The position numbers were made by a program, and so were the translations under genes. This document shows positions 39,787-41,575 of a DNA stretch of 41,575 nucleotides, piece by piece. Under the pieces are notes generated by a model. That model saw only the letters and a list, made by a program, of their open reading frames with translations, was not told the origin of the DNA and searched no databases. The DNA is from Candidatus Poseidoniaceae archaeon (GTDB taxonomy: Archaea; Thermoplasmatota; Poseidoniia; Poseidoniales; Poseidoniaceae). Each line of letters begins with the position of its first letter. The first letter of the stretch is position 1. The stretch lies in assembly GCA_022424925.1 (NCBI GenBank), contig JAKMGM010000160.1, forward strand, positions 1 to 41,575, in the 5' to 3' direction.

Positions 39787-40725
39787 TTACACCCACTCAT
39801 GACGGCAAACATCACAGCGTTTGGTGCGAGGTCCCATACGCGTCACCATGGTGAGTCCACATTCAGGACATTCATTGGAACCTATTGCAGATACCGATTG
39901 TGATTCGGCTCGGTCGTTTTGTTCCCAAATGTCCGAATCTTTTTTGTTGGACTTCGACTTTCTTCTGTTCGAATTTGTGTTACGTTGGCTACGTTGTTGC
40001 CTACGCCGAGCGTCGCCACCTTTGCCTTCAGTCGATGTTGCTACCAAGTGAAGTAGAGGTTCCTTGAGTGTTTCGCCAGACATAACGAGTGGATGCTTAC
40101 GGTACCTGAACAATTTGATGTGTCGGTCAATGACTCTTCCAAGTGGAGCACTCATGCAAATGTAGGCGCAAATCCATGCAGGGAAAAACAAGAACTTGTC
40201 TTCAAGAAGGTTCCATTCAGAAGCCCATGGGAGGGAGACGTAATCGACCCGGAAACTTTCAACCGCTGTTGTCAGCCAGGCAAAAATACCGATGATGAAT
40301 ACCATGGTGAACATCATTGGCTTCATGGCGCCCATCTGCACTTTGAGTTGCTCTGGCATCATTTGCTGTTGGAGTGTCGTCGCTTTCTCTTGCAATATTG
40401 GGTCACGAGAGAGTCGTGCATCGTTCATCATTCGGCGAACTTGGCCTTGACGGTGGCCGATGTGGGCTTGCGCAAGCGGGTCGGTGAAGAAATTTCGAAG
40501 CACGGTGTTCATGGTCATTGAAAAACTGCCAAGAATCAGTACAGTGAGGACAAAGTAAGCCTCTTGAGGGAGAATGGGGTCAAGAATAGGGTCTGCAACA
40601 TCACCGAGGGAATTGCGAATATCTGGATTCATAATCAGCAAGGTCATCATGACCATGACACCGAGCATCATCAACATCGAGCCGCCGGGCGGCTGGGGAG
40701 GTGGAGGTGCGTTACCACTGGCCAT
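39787..40725 (-). CDS. DUF106 / EMC3-TMCO1-like (Oxa1-superfamily) membrane insertase fused to a basic linker and C-terminal zinc ribbon
   Basis: TM1 (MLMMLGVMVMMTLLI). A cytosolic coiled-coil region is rich in Q/M/K (HRQGQVRRMMNDA...LQQQMMPEQLKVQMGAMKPMM). TM2/TM3 follow (FTMVFIIGIFAWL, FFPAWICAYICMS). The tail is GGDARRRQQRSQRNTNSNRRKSKSNKKD and ends CPECG...KRCDVCRHEW. It lies 3 nt upstream of cmk. Confidence 0.8.
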   Translation of the reverse strand: MASGNAPPPPQPPGGSMLMMLGVMVMMTLLIMNPDIRNSLGDVADPILDPILPQEAYFVLTVLILGSFSMTMNTVLRNFFTDPLAQAHIGHRQGQVRRMMNDARLSRDPILQEKATTLQQQMMPEQLKVQMGAMKPMMFTMVFIIGIFAWLTTAVESFRVDYVSLPWASEWNLLEDKFLFFPAWICAYICMSAPLGRVIDRHIKLFRYRKHPLVMSGETLKEPLLHLVATSTEGKGGDARRRQQRSQRNTNSNRRKSKSNKKDSDIWEQNDRAESQSVSAIGSNECPECGLTMVTRMGPRTKRCDVCRHEWV

Positions 40726-40833
40726 GGAATGCGCTGGAGCACACGGGGGATGAAGGTTCGCTTCTGATTTGACTCAAGAAACTCTTTCACAGAACTCCGA
40801 GGGATTGAAACGAGAGACCTCCATAGCCTTGTC

Positions 40834-41253
40834 ATGCGCCGTCGTGAACCGCTGGATTTGGACAACACTTGGCGTCATTCATTGCCAATGCCAATGCCGA
40901 ATCGACCTGTATGCGTGACACTTGATGAGGCACTTTCACAACTTGAGCGTTTGCCGTCTTCACCTCGAATGTTCCTCTGGACCGATGCCGAGCGGCGCTG
41001 CCCACCCGATTGGGGCTTCATTGCCAGTGTCCGCCAAGGCATTCCTCCGGAGGGCATTGAAGCCGAGCTCGATGCGTGGAAGGGCCAATATCCTGATGCT
41101 TGGTTGGCTGTCGACATGCGTGATGGCGTCATTACCCCGTCGACAAACCGTATACTCGGTGATGTTCTTTCGGACGTTGGACGTCCGGTACTGGTTGTTG
41201 TAAGCAGTTCCTCCGACAATGAACAATGGCCTCAGTGGGTCCTTCCCTTTTAA
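40834..41253 (+). CDS. Hypothetical protein (139 aa)
   Basis: ORF with moderately coding-like composition (…LDEALSQLERLPSSPRMFLWTDAERRCPPDWGFIASV…PVLVVVSSSSDNEQW). No family recognised. Confidence 0.4.
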   Translation: MRRREPLDLDNTWRHSLPMPMPNRPVCVTLDEALSQLERLPSSPRMFLWTDAERRCPPDWGFIASVRQGIPPEGIEAELDAWKGQYPDAWLAVDMRDGVITPSTNRILGDVLSDVGRPVLVVVSSSSDNEQWPQWVLPF

Positions 41254-41575
41254 TCCACAACGAATGTGTGCATTGGTTTTGAACGAACATTCGAATTGAA
41301 CACATGCTGTTAACCACTGAATCGAGGCATACCTATGGACGAAGCCTACACGAAACGTTTGCGTGCTTCACGTTCACTAATTATTGAACTCCAACCCGCA
41401 TCGTTATGGACGCTCATCACGACAGCGTGGTTGACCTGTGTCATCTCACCTCTGTCGAAGGCGTCTTCGTTCAACGGCAACAGGTTTCAATCACGGCTGT
41501 GGACTGAATCAAGCGTACTTTTGCCACTCAGTACCGGTCCACCAGTAGGTGTTGCCGTCGTCCATTGCTCTCCAC

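Noticed and set aside
41336-41575. Plus-strand frame open from ATG 41336 to the right edge
   Set aside because: The translation (MDEAYTKRLRASRSLIIELQPASLWTLITTAWLTCVISPLSKASSFNGNRF...) is Ser/Leu/Arg-rich and lacks the acidic character of every confident protein here. It is probably non-coding.
41508-41575. Possible 3' end of a minus-strand gene entering from the right edge (...WRAMDDGNTYWWTGTEWQKYA*), with a WW-domain-like G.TYWW..T..W pattern
   Set aside because: Only 22 codons are visible, too little to call a gene or a domain. The WW-like resemblance, and any link to the Pro-rich tails of the giants, is speculation that needs the adjacent sequence.
1-41575. Search for CRISPR arrays, long direct or inverted repeats, transposases or integrases, prophage or defence-system genes
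   Set aside because: No regularly spaced repeats were seen. No DDE, tyrosine or serine recombinase motifs were found. No nuclease, ATPase or methylase combinations typical of defence islands were found. Both tRNAs look intact, with no adjacent integrase or att-like duplicate.

Overview
This is a 41.6-kb, very gene-dense archaeal chromosomal segment with about 40 genes. Many gaps are only 0-15 nt and several gene pairs share ATGA start/stop overlaps.

Archaeal identity is supported by aEF-1beta, RNA polymerase subunit L/Rpo11, Cbf5, an archaeal-type CMP kinase, a DUF106/EMC3-like insertase, a COG2888-type zinc-ribbon micro-protein, an archaeosortase-family gene and a type-A RNase P RNA. Acidic proteins, mid-range GC and several giant surface proteins suggest a marine planktonic Thermoplasmatota (Marine Group II-like) origin. 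That is inference only, since no search was run.

Content falls into three groups:
(i) Housekeeping genes: asnS, carbamate kinase, rpiA, rlmE, truD, rpoL, a DEAD-box helicase, ribA, cmk, cbf5, tRNA-Lys, tRNA-His and an RNase P RNA that the ORF track cannot show.
(ii) Oxidative-stress and oxidative-folding genes: Ni-SOD with its maturation peptidase, an operon of a Trx-like CPYC protein, VKOR and a His-rich exported protein, and a second anchored Trx-like CPSC protein.
(iii) A dominant cell-envelope theme. Three giant exported proteins (1691, 1531 and 797 aa) all end in a CARDB(-like) domain, a [ST][ND]G-hydrophobic motif and a TM anchor. Two RND/MMPL-type transporters each lie tail-to-tail with one giant. 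A Dol-P-type GT2 appears co-transcribed with one MMPL. There is also a sugar-nucleotide epimerase and an orphan archaeosortase-family enzyme.

No CRISPR array, transposase, integrase or rRNA was seen. The most novel-looking candidate is the giant-protein / MMPL / archaeosortase envelope module, with proline-motif cytoplasmic tails and a divergently encoded HEAT-repeat protein. All family names come from motif recognition by eye; none was verified by a database search.
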